Shown here piece after piece: positions 1 to 11,884 of a DNA stretch of 60,574 nucleotides (its first letter is position 1; every line of letters starts with the position of its first letter). Both the position numbers and the translations under genes were made by a program. Source of the stretch: Octopus bimaculoides (Eukaryota); contig NC_068984.1 of NCBI RefSeq assembly GCF_001194135.2, positions 124,488,441 to 124,549,014 of the forward strand, written 5' to 3'. The notes below the pieces were generated by a model, which had not been told where the DNA came from, ran no database searches, and worked only from the letters and a program-made list of their open reading frames with translations.

Positions 1-69
<69 letters not shown>
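1..69. repeat. (GT)n microsatellite
   Basis: Pure GT dinucleotide run; explains ORF 3..215. Confidence 0.99.
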
Positions 70-70
<1 letters not shown>

Positions 71-776
71 TTATATATCAAACGGATGTCTTATAAAACT
101 CTTCCGCACATACAATAACAGCCAGCATACCTCCATCATCAGCTACTCCACGGATATCACTATGGTTTCGACACCTGGGCAGTACCATTCAATCCGGCGG
201 TGTCAACAGCACTAAAATAAGTTTTGATTGCATACCTTAGATATCACCACTTTCAATCAATCTTAATTCTAGGAAGGATTAAACACTAACATTATTAATT
301 AAACTACATCAAAGAAACATATTTACCTTATGCACAAAAACAGTGTCAGTAAATAAATTCAATAAGTAAATCTATAACTAACTCCTAAATTATCTAACTA
401 AATAGCAACCTAGCTCTTGAAGTCCATGCAGATAATATTCCTACCAGCCTTCCATAGTTATTAATAGGAAAATGAAAGCTTCTATACTCTATTCTTTCCA
501 AAACAAAACAAGGATTGAACTTAACTAATAATATAACTAATTCTGAGTGAAAAACACTATTTCATAATCCAGAAGTTAATAATTAAAACACCTCATACGT
601 ATTAAATATTCGTTATCTTTACATGCTTTAATGTTAAACTTATACCAGTAAATTAACAAATAATACTAAGATATCCTTATTAAATCAGAAACTAATAAAA
701 GAATACCTGTAATTAACAATTACACTGGGTAACATTTCTGAAAAAAATTTGTAGTTCTCTTGCTTTTTACAATTAA

Positions 777-1039
777 AATAAATAAATAAATGCGCCCTTT
801 TAAAGCCTAGCCAGGCTCATCGGCCCGGTTTCCCGGTTTCAATGGCGTATGTGTTCCCCAGCTGGATCGGACACCAATCCATCGGAGCGTTACTCATTTT
901 TTCCAGTTGAGTGGACTGGAGCAACGTGAAATGAAGTGTTTTGCTCAAGAACACAACGCGTCGCCCGGTCCAGGAATCGAAACCACAATCTTACGATCAT
1001 GGCGCTGACACTTGAAGCACTAAGCCACGCGCCTCCACT
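777..1039 (-). mobile_element. tRNA-headed SINE, family E, full length
   Basis: Minus strand reads GGAGGCGCGTGGCTTAGTG (box A-like) ... GGTTTCGATTCC (box B-like) and ends in a (TTTA)n tail. Flanked by a 14-bp direct repeat CTTTTTACA(A/C)TTAA at 763-776 and 1040-1053. Homologous to 31340-31595. Confidence 0.9.
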
Positions 1040-1419
1040 CTTTTTACACTTAATCCTACCTAATTTGATGGTACTGGGTTCAGAAATGCCCTCAGAAATT
1101 TTCTNNNNNNNNNNNNNNNNNNNNNNNNNNNNNNNNNNNNNNNNNNNNNNNNNNNNNNNNNNNNNNNNNNNNNNNNNNNNNNNNNNNNNNNNNNNNNNNN
1201 NNNNNNNNNNNNNNNNNNNNNNNNNNNNNNNNNNNNNNNNNNNNNNNNNNNNNNNNNNNNNNNNNNNNNNNNNNNNNNNNNNNNNNNNNNNNNNNNNNNN
1301 NNNNNNNNNNNNNNNNNNNNNNNNNNNNNNNNNNNNNNNNNNNNNNNNNNNNNNNNNNNNNNNNNNNNNNNNNNNNNNNNNNNNNNNNNNNNNNNNNNNN
1401 NNNNNNNNNNNNNNNNNNN

Positions 1420-1819
1420 ATTTCTGTAATTTCAACCAATCACTGACGTCCATTCAGCCGATATACATTAAGTGCCGACTACATAAACAAACGATTCTGA
1501 AACAATTCTATCGGTGATAGGGTTAGGGTTAGGGTTAGGGTAAAACAGCAAATTTAAAAAGAAAAAAGCAAATCGAAGCTATGGAAATTAAATACGCTTT
1601 ACACCGCTTAATCAGCCAAAGGAGTAAATATAAACAACTGATTGGTTGAAATTATCCAAATAAGACAATTTTTTACATGAAATAAATTCGAATACAAAAA
1701 TATTTTTCTGTTCTATAACACAAAATAGATAAGTATACGAAGTTTGAAAGTCTTTCGGTACCAAAAACACTACGTAAAACATTAATGAAAAATGTGGCCC
1801 CCGTTTTAAAAAAGATCCC
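1420..1819. mobile_element. Long-TIR MITE with internal (TTAGGG)n; left end in the gap
   Basis: AATTTCAACCAATCA (1428-1442) is inverted at 1639-1653. 1639-1819 is the reverse complement of 22895-23080. Four TTAGGG-like units lie at about 1517-1541. Confidence 0.8.
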
Positions 1820-3102
1820 AAATGTTTAATTACACATCTTAGAAGATATATTTCTGTCAAACTGGAGTTTCAGGTACTCATTCTCTTTGCTGCTCTATGT
1901 GAATAAATTGCATCATGTCAGTCTCTTTACGGTGACCTGCAGTAGACAGCACCACGGTGGTGTTCCACCGGCCTTGATACCTAGTCTCCATGTTCTCGAT
2001 ATTTTGCTTGAATCTTTCTCTTTGCTCATCACTTATTGCCTTATGATTTTCAAGGAAGTAGTCCAGATGACTCTGCAGGAAATGCACATTTGCGTTCATG
2101 TTGCAGCCCAGTGCTCAATAACTGCTTAAAAGGATCTGCACCTGATCTTCCTAATTTCCAGGAAATCAGATACAACTGCAGCAAAAGCGTCCCGTGATTC
2201 TTTTTCAATGCCAGACATGGTCCCTCCAAAATTAACTCGACTTAAAATAGCCACCAATTATGTGGCCCATCAAGCACAGCAACCTTAATTTTCTCACAAC
2301 ACAAAACTGGAAACTTTCTGCTTAAGTATTTGAAGCAGTCACTGTTTCAATCTTTCAACACATGCTTTGCACACTATATGGGACGCCCAGGCTTTGTCTT
2401 GTCGCCCAGTTTCATGCTAAACTAAGTAAGGAAGTAAGGTTAGCTTTCTTCACAAAATCTGTGATTTTATTTTACTGCCTAATCCAGAAATAAGCAGAAA
2501 ACATAGGGGCTGTTTTTACATTCTCTTCTCTCACAACTGGCTATATTTCTGAAACACAAAACGTATTCTAGCCAGTTGTCACATGGGAAATGCATTTTCA
2601 GGATAGCCAACATATAAAGTAAGCAAATGCAGATTTGTGATGGCCAAGTTCCATAAAGATCATACACATACCATGAAGTCCTTTTGATAGTTCTTTGACC
2701 ATGCGTGAAGAAAAGTGACCTCGACCCATATGACTTCACAATTAAAACATTAAGGGCACATTCAAAATACCAATTTTTATAAAAAGATAATTTGCATCTC
2801 GAATGATGAAAGAAAACTCCGAATGACCTGTCCTTGTTTTCTTTGTATCGTCTCTCTGGATGTTTTGCTGTCCCTTGTATCACCTGTCTGGATGTTTTTG
2901 CGTTCTTGTCTTATTTTATATATATNNNNNNNNNNNNNNNNNNNNNNNNNNNNNNNNNNNNNNNNNNNNNNNNNNNNNNNNNNNNNNNNNNNNNNNNNNN
3001 NNNNNNNNNNNNNNNNNNNNNNNNNNTATATATAATTCAAATTACGATGAACGTAAACAAACAAACGTAGTTTGCTTTTAGAAGCGTTGAGATGTCTTAG
3101 AA

Positions 3103-3200
3103 AGTTAAAGAAGTGATTTTAAATTCTCAAACGCAGGATAATGCTAATAATATAACCTGAACAGGATAAGATACCCCTATTTTGCAGAAAAAAGTGTAGT
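3103..3200 (+). repeat. Unclassified dispersed repeat
   Basis: AGTTAAAGAAGTGATTTTAAATTCTCAA..CAGGATAATGCTAATAATATA.CCTGAAC..CTATTTTGCAGAAAAAAGTGTAG recurs at 56977-57065. Confidence 0.7.
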
Positions 3201-3667
3201 CGGCCGTATGTATGTATGTATTTATTTATTAGTTACTCAAGTAGCCAATTCATTTAGATTATGTCATTTCCTCATAAATCCGCATTAATTTTTTTCGATA
3301 TTGTTTTCTTCATAATCTTCGAGTTCTTAGCTAAAAAATATTTGCCTGAAGGAAATTATCTTTGTTGTGTACAAGGGATTATATTTGTAGTATTATCATT
3401 ATGATTTTCATCATTTCCGTAAGTTAATTTAAGTTGTTTTTTTTTTTGTTTTATTTTTGCTAACCGCTGAGAGTAATTCTTCTGATTAATAATTAAAATA
3501 AAATTTTTTTATTGACGAAAGATTCTTTTAGATTAATTCTAGGGGTTTCGGCTTAAATCTTAATACTTCTATGTACCTTATATACACGTCTTATATATTG
3601 TATATAGGATACATATATGTTCATATATTACACGTGCATGTATATATGCGTGCGTGTACAGATATGT

Positions 3668-3683
3668 AGATAGATATAGATAG

Positions 3684-3718
<35 letters not shown>

Positions 3719-3800
3719 AATCTTTCAAGCCTGTGTTACAGCATGACCGCAGTCCAGTGACTGAGGCAAGCAATGTATGTGTGTGTGTATGTGTGTGTGT

Positions 3801-3836
<36 letters not shown>

Positions 3837-3872
3837 GCGCGCGCGCATACATACACACACACACACACACAC
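3668..3872. repeat. (GATA)n and (GT)n microsatellites
   Basis: Direct reading. Confidence 0.95.
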
Positions 3873-3874
3873 AT

Positions 3875-3965
3875 TACTCTCTTTACTCGTTTCAGTCATT
3901 TGACTGTGGCCATGCTGGAGCACCGCCTTTAGTCGAGCAAATCGACCCCAGGACTTATTCTTTGA
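3875..3965 (-). mobile_element. SINE family D, 3' tail fragment
   Basis: TTTACTCGTTTCAGTCATTTGACTGTGGCCATGCTGGAGCACCGCCTTTAGTCGAGCAAATCGACCCCAGGACTTATTC also occurs at 19775, 44500 and, inverted, at 32200 and 53740. Confidence 0.9.
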
Positions 3966-4019
3966 AATATATTGAATTCAAAATTTGGCGCGAAGCCAGT
4001 AATTTCAGGGGATTATATT

Positions 4020-4155
4020 GACTCCAGGGTCCAGCATATAATTATTTTAACGACTACGAAAGGATGATAGGGCAAAGTGGACATCAGCGGAATTTGAACT
4101 CAAAGCATAACGACGGACGAAATGCCGTGCTAGTGATTCTGCTTGTTCGCTACCT
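4020..4155 (-). mobile_element. SINE family B, degenerate
   Basis: GAAAGGATGATAGGGCAAAGTGGACATCAGCGGAATTTGAACTC...GACGGACGAAATGCC is the reverse complement of the 42445 head and core. Confidence 0.8.
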
Positions 4156-4172
4156 TAAATATAATATATTAT

Positions 4173-4631
4173 GTTGTTGTTGGCACTCCGTCGCTTACGA
4201 CGTCGAGAGTTCCAGTTGATCCGATCAACGGAACAGCCTGCTCGTGAAATTAACGTGCAAGTGGCTGACCACTCCACACACACGTGTACCCTTAACGTAG
4301 TTCTCGGGGATATTCAGCGTGACACAGTGTGACAAGGCTGGCCCTTTGAATTANNNNNNNNNNCCCTTAACGTAGTTCTCGGGGAGATTCAGCGTGACAC
4401 AGTGTGGCAAGGCTGGCCCTTTGAATTACAGGCACAACAGAAACAGGAAGTAAGAGTGAGAGAAAGTTGCGGTGAAAGAGTACAGCAGGGTTCGCCACCG
4501 TCCCCTGCCGGAGCCTCATGGAGCTTTAGGTGTTTTCACTCAATAAACACTCACAACGCCCGGTCTGGGAATCGAAACCGCGATCCTATTACCGCGATTC
4601 CGCTGCCCTAACCACTGGGCCATTGCGCCTC
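4173..4631 (-). mobile_element. tRNA-headed SINE, family A, full length (65 bp duplicated across a 10-N gap)
   Basis: Minus-strand head GAGGCGCAATGGCCCAGTGGTTAGGGCAGCG..GGTTTCGATTCCC (A and B boxes) and (ACA)n tail. Near-identical copies at 25343, 38782 and 59663. Confidence 0.93.
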
Positions 4632-5364
4632 AACTATATTATATTATACTAAAAACATAAATAGGTTTGAGTTTTGTCTTTTCGCAAATTGGAGTTTTCA
4701 TATTTTTCTCTCTTTCTTTAAAACACGTTTATTTTGGAACAAAAACTTTACTATTAGTATTCGTCTAATGTTCTGCTGCGAATTTCACAATGCTATTTTC
4801 AAAGTATTCGAATGTTGAAAGAAATCTTATTGTAACTTGGGACGTCATAATGCCAATGATAGTAGGCTCACGCACATGTCCAATATCATTTCTTTACTTA
4901 AAATAATCACAGTAGATCTTGAGTGAAGGCATGTCATTGATGAGGTTGTGAATAGCGACGAAATGATTTTAACAAACAAACAATTACTTAAACAACACAT
5001 TAAAAAACCACCGATTTGTTAGTTGGTTGACTAACAATAAGGAAGTGATATTGAACCAGTGCGTGTGTTCATTGTAATTGGCATAATGACTCTCCCAAGA
5101 CACAACAAGATTTTCAAAATAATCTTTTGGGATGGCTCGTTGCCTTTCTGCTCTTACGATGCTGGTATAGAACTAAACCACTGAGAGCAGCGGCAGCAGC
5201 AGGTACTCGTTTCAGTTAATGAGCCGCGGCCATATTGGGGCACCACTTTGAAGATAGATAGATAGATAGATAGATAGATGGACGGTTGGATGGATCGATA
5301 GATGGACGGATAGATAGATAGATAGATAAATAGACAGATAGATAAACAAATGTTTCTTTCAGGT

Positions 5365-5470
5365 TCAATCAACACAATCCACTCATAAAGGCTGGTCGGC
5401 TTGTGGGCTTGAACCCGGAACCATAACGTTGGGAAGCAAACTTCTTACCACATAGCCACTCCTGCACCTA
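5365..5470 (-). mobile_element. SINE family D, head fragment
   Basis: Minus strand GGTGCAGGAGTGGCTATGTGGTAAGAAGTTTGCTTCCCAAC..GGTTCCGGGTTCAAGCCC; same head as 9455. Confidence 0.8.
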
Positions 5471-5914
5471 TATAACCTAGTTCTAAGCACACTTACTCAA
5501 AAGATTTTGACCGGATGGCCATGGCTTCACTGCGTTTGATCATACGTTTAGGGGATTAGATCCGACTTGGGGCTAAACGATAACAACGCTAACGGTAATA
5601 TTAATTATTATTAGTATTTTTTGTAACAAAATGGTGAATTAGAACTGTATTAAGTTTTTCTTTTTTTTTCCATTTTTCTCTGTTAGTTGATCGAGCTAAA
5701 TAAACAACCAGTCTTGCGTATATCCGGTTTGTTGCAACTCTAAACGTATAACTTTATCAGCATATCACCCTTTTACCAAATTCCCCTTGCTACCCAATCC
5801 CACCCTGATTATTTTAATTACCCTCAGATCACGTATGAAATTTGATTGGGATTTAGACATTGGACGGGTAGGAAATGCTCTATTATTATTATTTTTTTTT
5901 GTGTGTTTTTTTTC

Positions 5915-6113
5915 TTCTTTGTAATGTGTGTGTGTGTGTGTGTGTGTGTACTTGCATATGACTGTGTGTGCTTGAGCTTGTGTGCTTACGTTTGTGTTGG
6001 GTAGTGGTGTAACTGTATGTGTAACTTATGTGTATGTGTATGAGTGTGTGGGCTAAAGAGAAAGAAAGAGAGAGGGAGATAGCGAGAGAGAGAGAGAGAG
6101 CGAGAGAGAGAGC

Positions 6114-6151
<38 letters not shown>

Positions 6152-6301
6152 CCGGGCGCACGCGTGTGTAGGCGCGTGTGTGGGCACGAGCGAACAAACA
6201 GCCTAAAGTGGGAGCGAAAGAGATTTTCTTAATAGAGACTTCAGGGTGTGGAGATGGAAATGAGGGAGAACGAGATCATGGTGGAAATGTAGAAGGAGAA
6301 A

Positions 6302-6358
<57 letters not shown>

Positions 6359-6370
6359 GAGAATGAGAGA
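5915..6370. repeat. (GT)n and (GA)n microsatellite cluster
   Basis: Direct reading; generates the SLSL and ERER ORFs. Confidence 0.95.
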
Positions 6371-6737
6371 GAGGGGGGGAGAGCAATATAATGAGAGAAA
6401 GTGATGTGATGGTGAGGATGACAGGTGAAATACAGAAGAGTGTTGAAAGAGTGACGAACAAGGAGAGAATGAAAGAGGTGAGTGAGGGAGAGAGAGAAGT
6501 GGATGTCAAAAAAGAAAGTAAGAGAGAGAGAGAAAAAAGAGCGAGAGAGTAGTGAATATCAAGAGAAAGAGACAGAGAGATTGTAATATGAAGGACATGC
6601 GGAGAAAGAAATAGGCCTTGAAGAGAAAAGAAAACGATAGAAAGAAGAAATATTGATGAGAAAGATAAAGGAAGAAAGAACAAAGAGAAAGAGCCGAGAA
6701 AGTGAGAGAGAGAAGGAGAATGAGAGTTAGAGATATA

Positions 6738-7182
6738 CAGCGCTGGATTAACCCATTAAGCAAAATAAGCACGTGCTTAAAACATCACGGGACGAGGGCA
6801 CCACAGAAATGAAAATGGTTTACGGCACGAAAGAAATCATTTTAACTTGCCAAAATACTATTCGTAATGCCTTATCTCTACTAAGTATAGAAGCAGAAGT
6901 TTTACGTAAAATTAATTTTAACGATATCATCGAAGACTGCAATAAAAAAAAAACGGAAAAAACTTTTCAAATATAAATAAAATGGAAGCATACAAAAATA
7001 AACTTTATTTTCCATCTTACTGTGAATTTTGTTTCATTTTGAAAAATGAAAATTTATTTTATGGTTTATTATCGTTTATATTTTGAATTATTTTTGTTTA
7101 CATTTTGAATCATTTACATATACTTGAGGGTACCAAAACCTTTTAAGTGCTTAGGGCCTCTGTGGGTCTTAATCCGGTCCTG
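6738..7182 (+). mobile_element. Complete non-autonomous hAT element (445 bp) with 8-bp TSD
   Basis: TIRs CAGCGCTGGATTAA and (reverse complement) CAGGACCGGATTAA. Perfect 8-bp TSD GAGATATA at 6730-6737 and 7183-7190. Internal NALSLLSIEAEVLRKINFNDIIED matches the hAT C-terminal dimerisation region. Confidence 0.92.
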
Positions 7183-8850
7183 GAGATATATACTAATACA
7201 CTGAAACAGCATTTTGATAGAACAATGGGGAAATAGGGACCTGTTGAATGAACAGTAGAAAATAAAGGGGAAATAATTGAAGGAATGAGAAAATGAGAGA
7301 GAGAAGCCAAAATAGGGAGACAGGGATCAAAAGAAAGCGCTTGGATGGTGGTGATAAATAATAAAATACTGAGATAGAGTTCAACTATGTAATATGTGCA
7401 AGAGAAAGGAATGAATCCTCAAAGTCGATTCAGTGTTTCAATCAATTGAATTATCTGCCCCTGAATGAAGCCGTCAATCGCTAAGCATTCCAGAGACACG
7501 TTTGTCCTTAACGTAGTTCCCAGGTAGAATCAGTTTGACAGGAAGTGTAATCCAAGGCTGCACATATTTTCTTTTTTTGATTACAGGTATAATTCACACG
7601 ATGGACTACTTGCTCTTTCCATTTTTCCAATTTCATTTGCAAAATATGGCTCAACTCAAGGTTATAGAAAATGATATTTGCACAAGACGTCACCCAAATG
7701 GATAGAACCTGGAACTCCAGAGTTGCAAAGCAGAATTCTTAACCACTCAGCCATTCAGCTCCTGCAAGTCATAAGATAATAACGTTTCATAACGGGCTAT
7801 CGTAAATCAAGCTAGGACAGGAGACAAACAAGAACACGTCTTCCTTGTTCCAGCTACAACGGAGAGGAAGAAAGAAATTTGGCTGATGGTCTCGTGGAAG
7901 CCACGTGAGCAAGGGAGGGGGAGTGAGGGAGAGAAACTGACAGAGTAATAGGATAGAATAGTGGGAGAAGAGGAGGTAAAAGAATAAGAGAGAGAAATAG
8001 AGAGGAAAACAATAAAGTAGAAAGATCGTATAGAGTGCGCATCAGAATTATTAAGATAAAACTTACTTGGAAGAAGATGCATGGCGTTCAATCATATAAT
8101 AATATGAAACATGTTCTATGTACTCGTGCTTCGTAGTTTTTGTTGTACACGTTTCATNNNNNNNNNNNNNNNNNNNNNNNNNNNNNNNNNNNNNNNNNNN
8201 NNNNNNNNNNNNNNNNNNNNNNNNNNNNNNNNNNNNNNNNNNNNNNNNNNNNNNNNNNNNNNNNNNNNNNNNNNNNNNNNNNNNNNNNNNNNNNNNNNNN
8301 NNNNNNNNNNNNNNNNNNNNNNNNNNNNNNNNNNNNNNNNNNNNNNNNNNNNNNNNNNNNNNNNNNNNNNNNNNNNNNNNNNNNNNNNNNNNNNNNNNNN
8401 NNNNNNNNNNNNNNNNNNNNNNNNNNNNNNNNNNNNNNNNNNNNNNNNNNNNNNNNNNNNNNNNNNNNNNNNNNNNNNNNNNNNNNNNNNNNNNNNNNNN
8501 NNNNNNNNNNNNNNNNNNNNNNNNNNNNNNNNNNNNNNNNNNNNNNNNNNNNNNNNNNNNNNNNNNNNNNNNNNNNNNNNNNNNNNNNNNNNNNNNNNNN
8601 NNNNNNNNNNNNNNNNNNNNNNNNNNNNNNNNNNNNNNNNNNNNNNNNNNNNNNNNNNNNNNNNNNNNNNNNNNNNNNNNNNNNNNNNNNNNNNNNNNNN
8701 NNNNNNNNNNNNNNNNNNNNNNNNNNNNNNNNNNNNNNNNNNNNNNNNNNNNNNNNNNNNNNNNNNNNNNNNNNNNNNNNNNNNNNNNNNNNNNNNNNNN
8801 NNNNNNNNNNNNNNNNNNNNNNNNNNNNNNNNNNNNNNNNNNNNNNNNNN

Positions 8851-8883
<33 letters not shown>

Positions 8884-9329
8884 TGTATAAGCAGGTAGGT
8901 GGAGATAGTATGAAAGAAAGAAGTCAGAAGTGTATATAAAATACACAAAGAAAGAAACAGAGTTGGCACCGGAAAAAATGGTAGAAATGATGACAAAGCA
9001 TTAGAAGCTATTTGGTAATTTAATCAAGAAATATTAGCAATTTAATAATTTAATCGTCAATAATGTTTTTGATAATTTACGTTTTATTTCAAAAGGAGTA
9101 TTTTCTATCTGATAACGTATCCGATTATTCTAGATTAAGACTTCTCCTTTCTAGCTTGAAATACAGCTGGCTGTTTTATTAAGCTAAATTTAGATTTCCT
9201 TGTTGATCTACCAGACATACAGTCATTCATATCTCATCAACTGTATTGCACTTAGAAATAACCGGAATATCGGAATAACCGGAATATTCAACTTAAGATA
9301 CTTTGGTGACATTAAATAAACGTTATAGG

Positions 9330-9613
9330 CTTCGTCTTGGCTGCGTGTGTAAGGAGCTTGCTTTGCAGCCATGTGGATTCGAGTTAGATTCTGTCCCACT
9401 ACGCGTCACATTAAACAAATTATTTCTACTATAGGGCAAGGTTGTCTAATGCCCATGCGCGGCTGTGTGGTAAGAAGCTTGCTTCCCAAACACATTGTTC
9501 TGGGTTCAATCCCACTGTGTGGCACCTTAGGCAAGTGTCTTCTACTATAGCCTCGGGCTGACCAAAGCCTTGTGAGTAGATTTGGCAGACGGAAAGATAA
9601 ACAATGCCTGTCG

Positions 9614-9615
<2 letters not shown>
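9330..9615 (+). mobile_element. Two tandem SINE family D heads followed by (TA)n and a gap
   Basis: GGCTGTGTGGTAAGAAGCTTGCTTCCCAAACACATTGTTCTGGGTTCAATCCCACTGTGTGGCACCTTAGGCAAGTGTCTTCTACTATAGCC at 9461, with an older copy at 9338. Confidence 0.88.
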
Positions 9616-9645
<30 letters not shown>

Positions 9646-10614
9646 TATATATATATANNNNNNNNNNNNNNNNNNNNNNNNNNNNNNNNNNNNNNNNNNN
9701 NNNNNNNNNNNNNNNNNNNNNNNNNNNNNNNNNNNNNNNNNNNNNNNNNNNNNNNNNNNNNNNNNNNNNNNNNNNNNNNNNNNNNNNNNNNNNNNNNNNN
9801 NNNNNNNNNNNNNNNNNNNNNNNNNNNNNNNNNNNNNNNNNNNNNNNNNNNNNNNNNNNNNNNNNNNNNNNNNNNNNNNNNNNNNNNNNNNNNNNNNNNN
9901 NNNNNNNNNNNNNNNNNNNNNNNNNNNNNNNNNNNNNNNNNNNNNNNNNNNNNNNNNNNNNNNNNNNNNNNNNNNNNNNNNNNNNNNNNNNNNNNNNNNN
10001 NNNNNNNNNNNNNNNNNNNNNNNNNNNNNNNNNNNNNNNNNNNNNNNNNNNNNNNNNNNNNNNNNNNNNNNNNNNNNNNNNNNNNNNNNNNNNNNNNNNN
10101 NNNNNNNNNNNNNNNNNNNNNNNNNNNNNNNNNNNNNNNNNNNNNNNNNNNNNNNNNNNNNNNNNNNNNNNNNNNNNNNNNNNNNNNNNNNNNNNNNNNN
10201 NNNNNNNNNNNNNNNNNNNNNNNNNNNNNNNNNNNNNNNNNNNNNNNNNNNNNNNNNNNNNNNNNNNNNNNNNNNNNNNNNNNNNNNNNNNNNNNNNNNN
10301 NNNNNNNNNNNNNNNNNNNNNNNNNNNNNNNNNNNNNNNNNNNNNNNNNNNNNNNNNNNNNNNNNNNNNNNNNNNNNNNNNNNNNNNNNNNNNNNNNNNN
10401 NNNNNNNNNNNNNNNNNNNNNNNNNNNNNNNNNNNNNNNNNNNNNNNNNNNNNNNNNNNNNNNNNNNNNNNNNNNNNNNNNNNNNNNNNNNNNNNNNNNN
10501 NNNNNNNNNNNNNNNNNNNNNNNNNNNNNNNNNNNNNNNNNNNNNNNNNNNNNNNNNNNNNNNNNNNNNNNNNNNNNNNNNNNNNNTATATATGTACTAA
10601 TATATTCATTGGTA

Positions 10615-10775
10615 CATTGGGAACCTTACCAGCCAGTAAATATCGACCCCAGTGCTCAAGTGGTGCTTATTTTATCGATTACGAAGCGTGGGAGCAAAGT
10701 CGACTTCAACGGAATTTGAACTCAGAATGTATTTTGTCCGGCATGCTTGCTGTTCTTTCAACTCGCCGCCTTAAG
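10615..10775 (-). mobile_element. SINE family B, degenerate
   Basis: ATCGACCCCAGTGCTCAAGTGGTGCTTATTTTATCGA...AAAGTCGACTTCAACGGAATTTGAACTCAGAA. Confidence 0.8.
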
Positions 10776-11068
10776 CGGAATTGTAATATGATAATTCATA
10801 TTTATTGTTAATGGTTTTATGGTAGTTGTTATTGCTAATTATGTTAATGTTGTTGTTATAGCTTTTGATGTTGCTGCTGCTGTTTCTGATGGTGGTGATG
10901 AAGATGGCAATGCTGCTGCTAATGATGTTGTTAGTTGTAGTGTTTAGGAATGTACCCTGCAACATTAGCGGTGATGGGATATCTGGAAATTCATTTCGGT
11001 TTACTTTAAGACACGCTGCACTTCTATGACCCTAATTGCCCTGAGGAGACGCAAAATACACACACATA

Positions 11069-11161
<93 letters not shown>

Positions 11162-11344
11162 ACACTCACAATTCAAACATACATACATACATACATACAT
11201 ATATTTATACATGTACACATACATACACAAATATATTTGGACACGTAACAGAGATATTATAATCCCAACCATTAAATATGTATTAGCGTGTAGAGACATA
11301 CTAAAATATAGATAGCCACCACATCGACGTATATATATACATAT

Positions 11345-11480
11345 ATATATACGACGGGCTTCTTTCAGTTTCCGTCTATCAAATCCACTCACAAATAGTA
11401 GAAGACACTTGCCCAGGGTGCTACACAGTAAGACTTCACCAGGAACCATGTGATTGGGAAGCAAGCTTCTTATCACACAG
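11345..11480 (-). mobile_element. SINE family D head and core after (CA)n/(TACA)n
   Basis: ACGACGGGCTTCTTTCAGTTTCCGTCTATCAAATCCACTCAC..AGAAGACACTTGCCCAGGGTGC. Confidence 0.85.
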
Positions 11481-11482
11481 AT

Positions 11483-11870
11483 GCAATTAAGTTCGTGAAA
11501 CAAGGAGAGAGACCAGTAAAGCAGTAAAAACAATAGATAGCTTGCTTCAAGTATATGAAAGTGGACTTAGAGGAGAGATTGCATCTTCCCTAAGTTGTCC
11601 ATACAACCCTGAGGCCAAATGTGGTCCTGTGGTCCGAACAAGCCAAGAAAATTATCGTAATTGAACTAAAAGTCCCATGGGAAGTGGGGTGTGATGAGGC
11701 CCATGAACGGAAGAGTGCCAGATATGAGAGCCTTATGCAAGATTACAGGGAGAAGGGATGGCAGGTATGGCTCTTTCCCGTTGAGGTTGGCTGTAGGAGA
11801 TTCCTTGCTCAGTCGGCATGGAAGATGCTTACAACAATTGAGAGAGAGATAACTTGATAAGGCTGAAGCA
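11483..11870 (+). mobile_element. HERO-like non-LTR retrotransposon, restriction-like endonuclease remnant
   Basis: One frame reads IKFVKQGE..MKVDLEERLHLP*VVHTTLRPNVVLWSEQAKKIIVIELKVPWEVGCDEAHERKSARY..GWQVWLFPVEVGCRRF, the RPD.VLWS..ELTVPWE..AHERK..Y..PVEVG RLE signature. Contains in-frame stops. Confidence 0.82.
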
Positions 11871-11884
11871 ATACTAGACGAAAT

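Larger units (their letters stand above)
723..2460 (-). mobile_element. Internally deleted CMC/Chapaev3-like DNA transposon, interrupted by a SINE and a MITE
   Basis: Terminus CACTGGG at 723. Minus-strand translation of 1878-2430 gives WASHIVCKACVE (N-terminal Cys motif) fused to CFKYLSRKFP..KIKVAVLDGP and LGCNMNANVHFLQSHLDYFLENHKAISDEQRERFKQNIENMETRYQGRWN, matching the HLDFFP..GAVSDEQGERFHQDI..ME.RYQG.W transposase C-terminus. Subfamily name is from memory. Second terminus not found. Confidence 0.75.

Noticed and set aside
70-720. AT-rich segment with PLE-like scraps (KRIPVINNY)
   Set aside because: No collinear motifs through many stops.
1517-1541. TTAGGG repeats as a chromosome end or fusion site
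   Set aside because: Only four units, located inside a MITE.
4289-4428. 65-bp tandem duplication inside SINE A
   Set aside because: Straddles a 10-N gap with two differences; typical of uncollapsed haplotypes or contig overlap.
8111-10811. Long ORFs of 250-550 aa here and at 14771-15958, 19892-20777, 33220-34328 and 35368-37189
   Set aside because: Made of N-gaps and microsatellites ([12 protein letters not shown]); not coding evidence.
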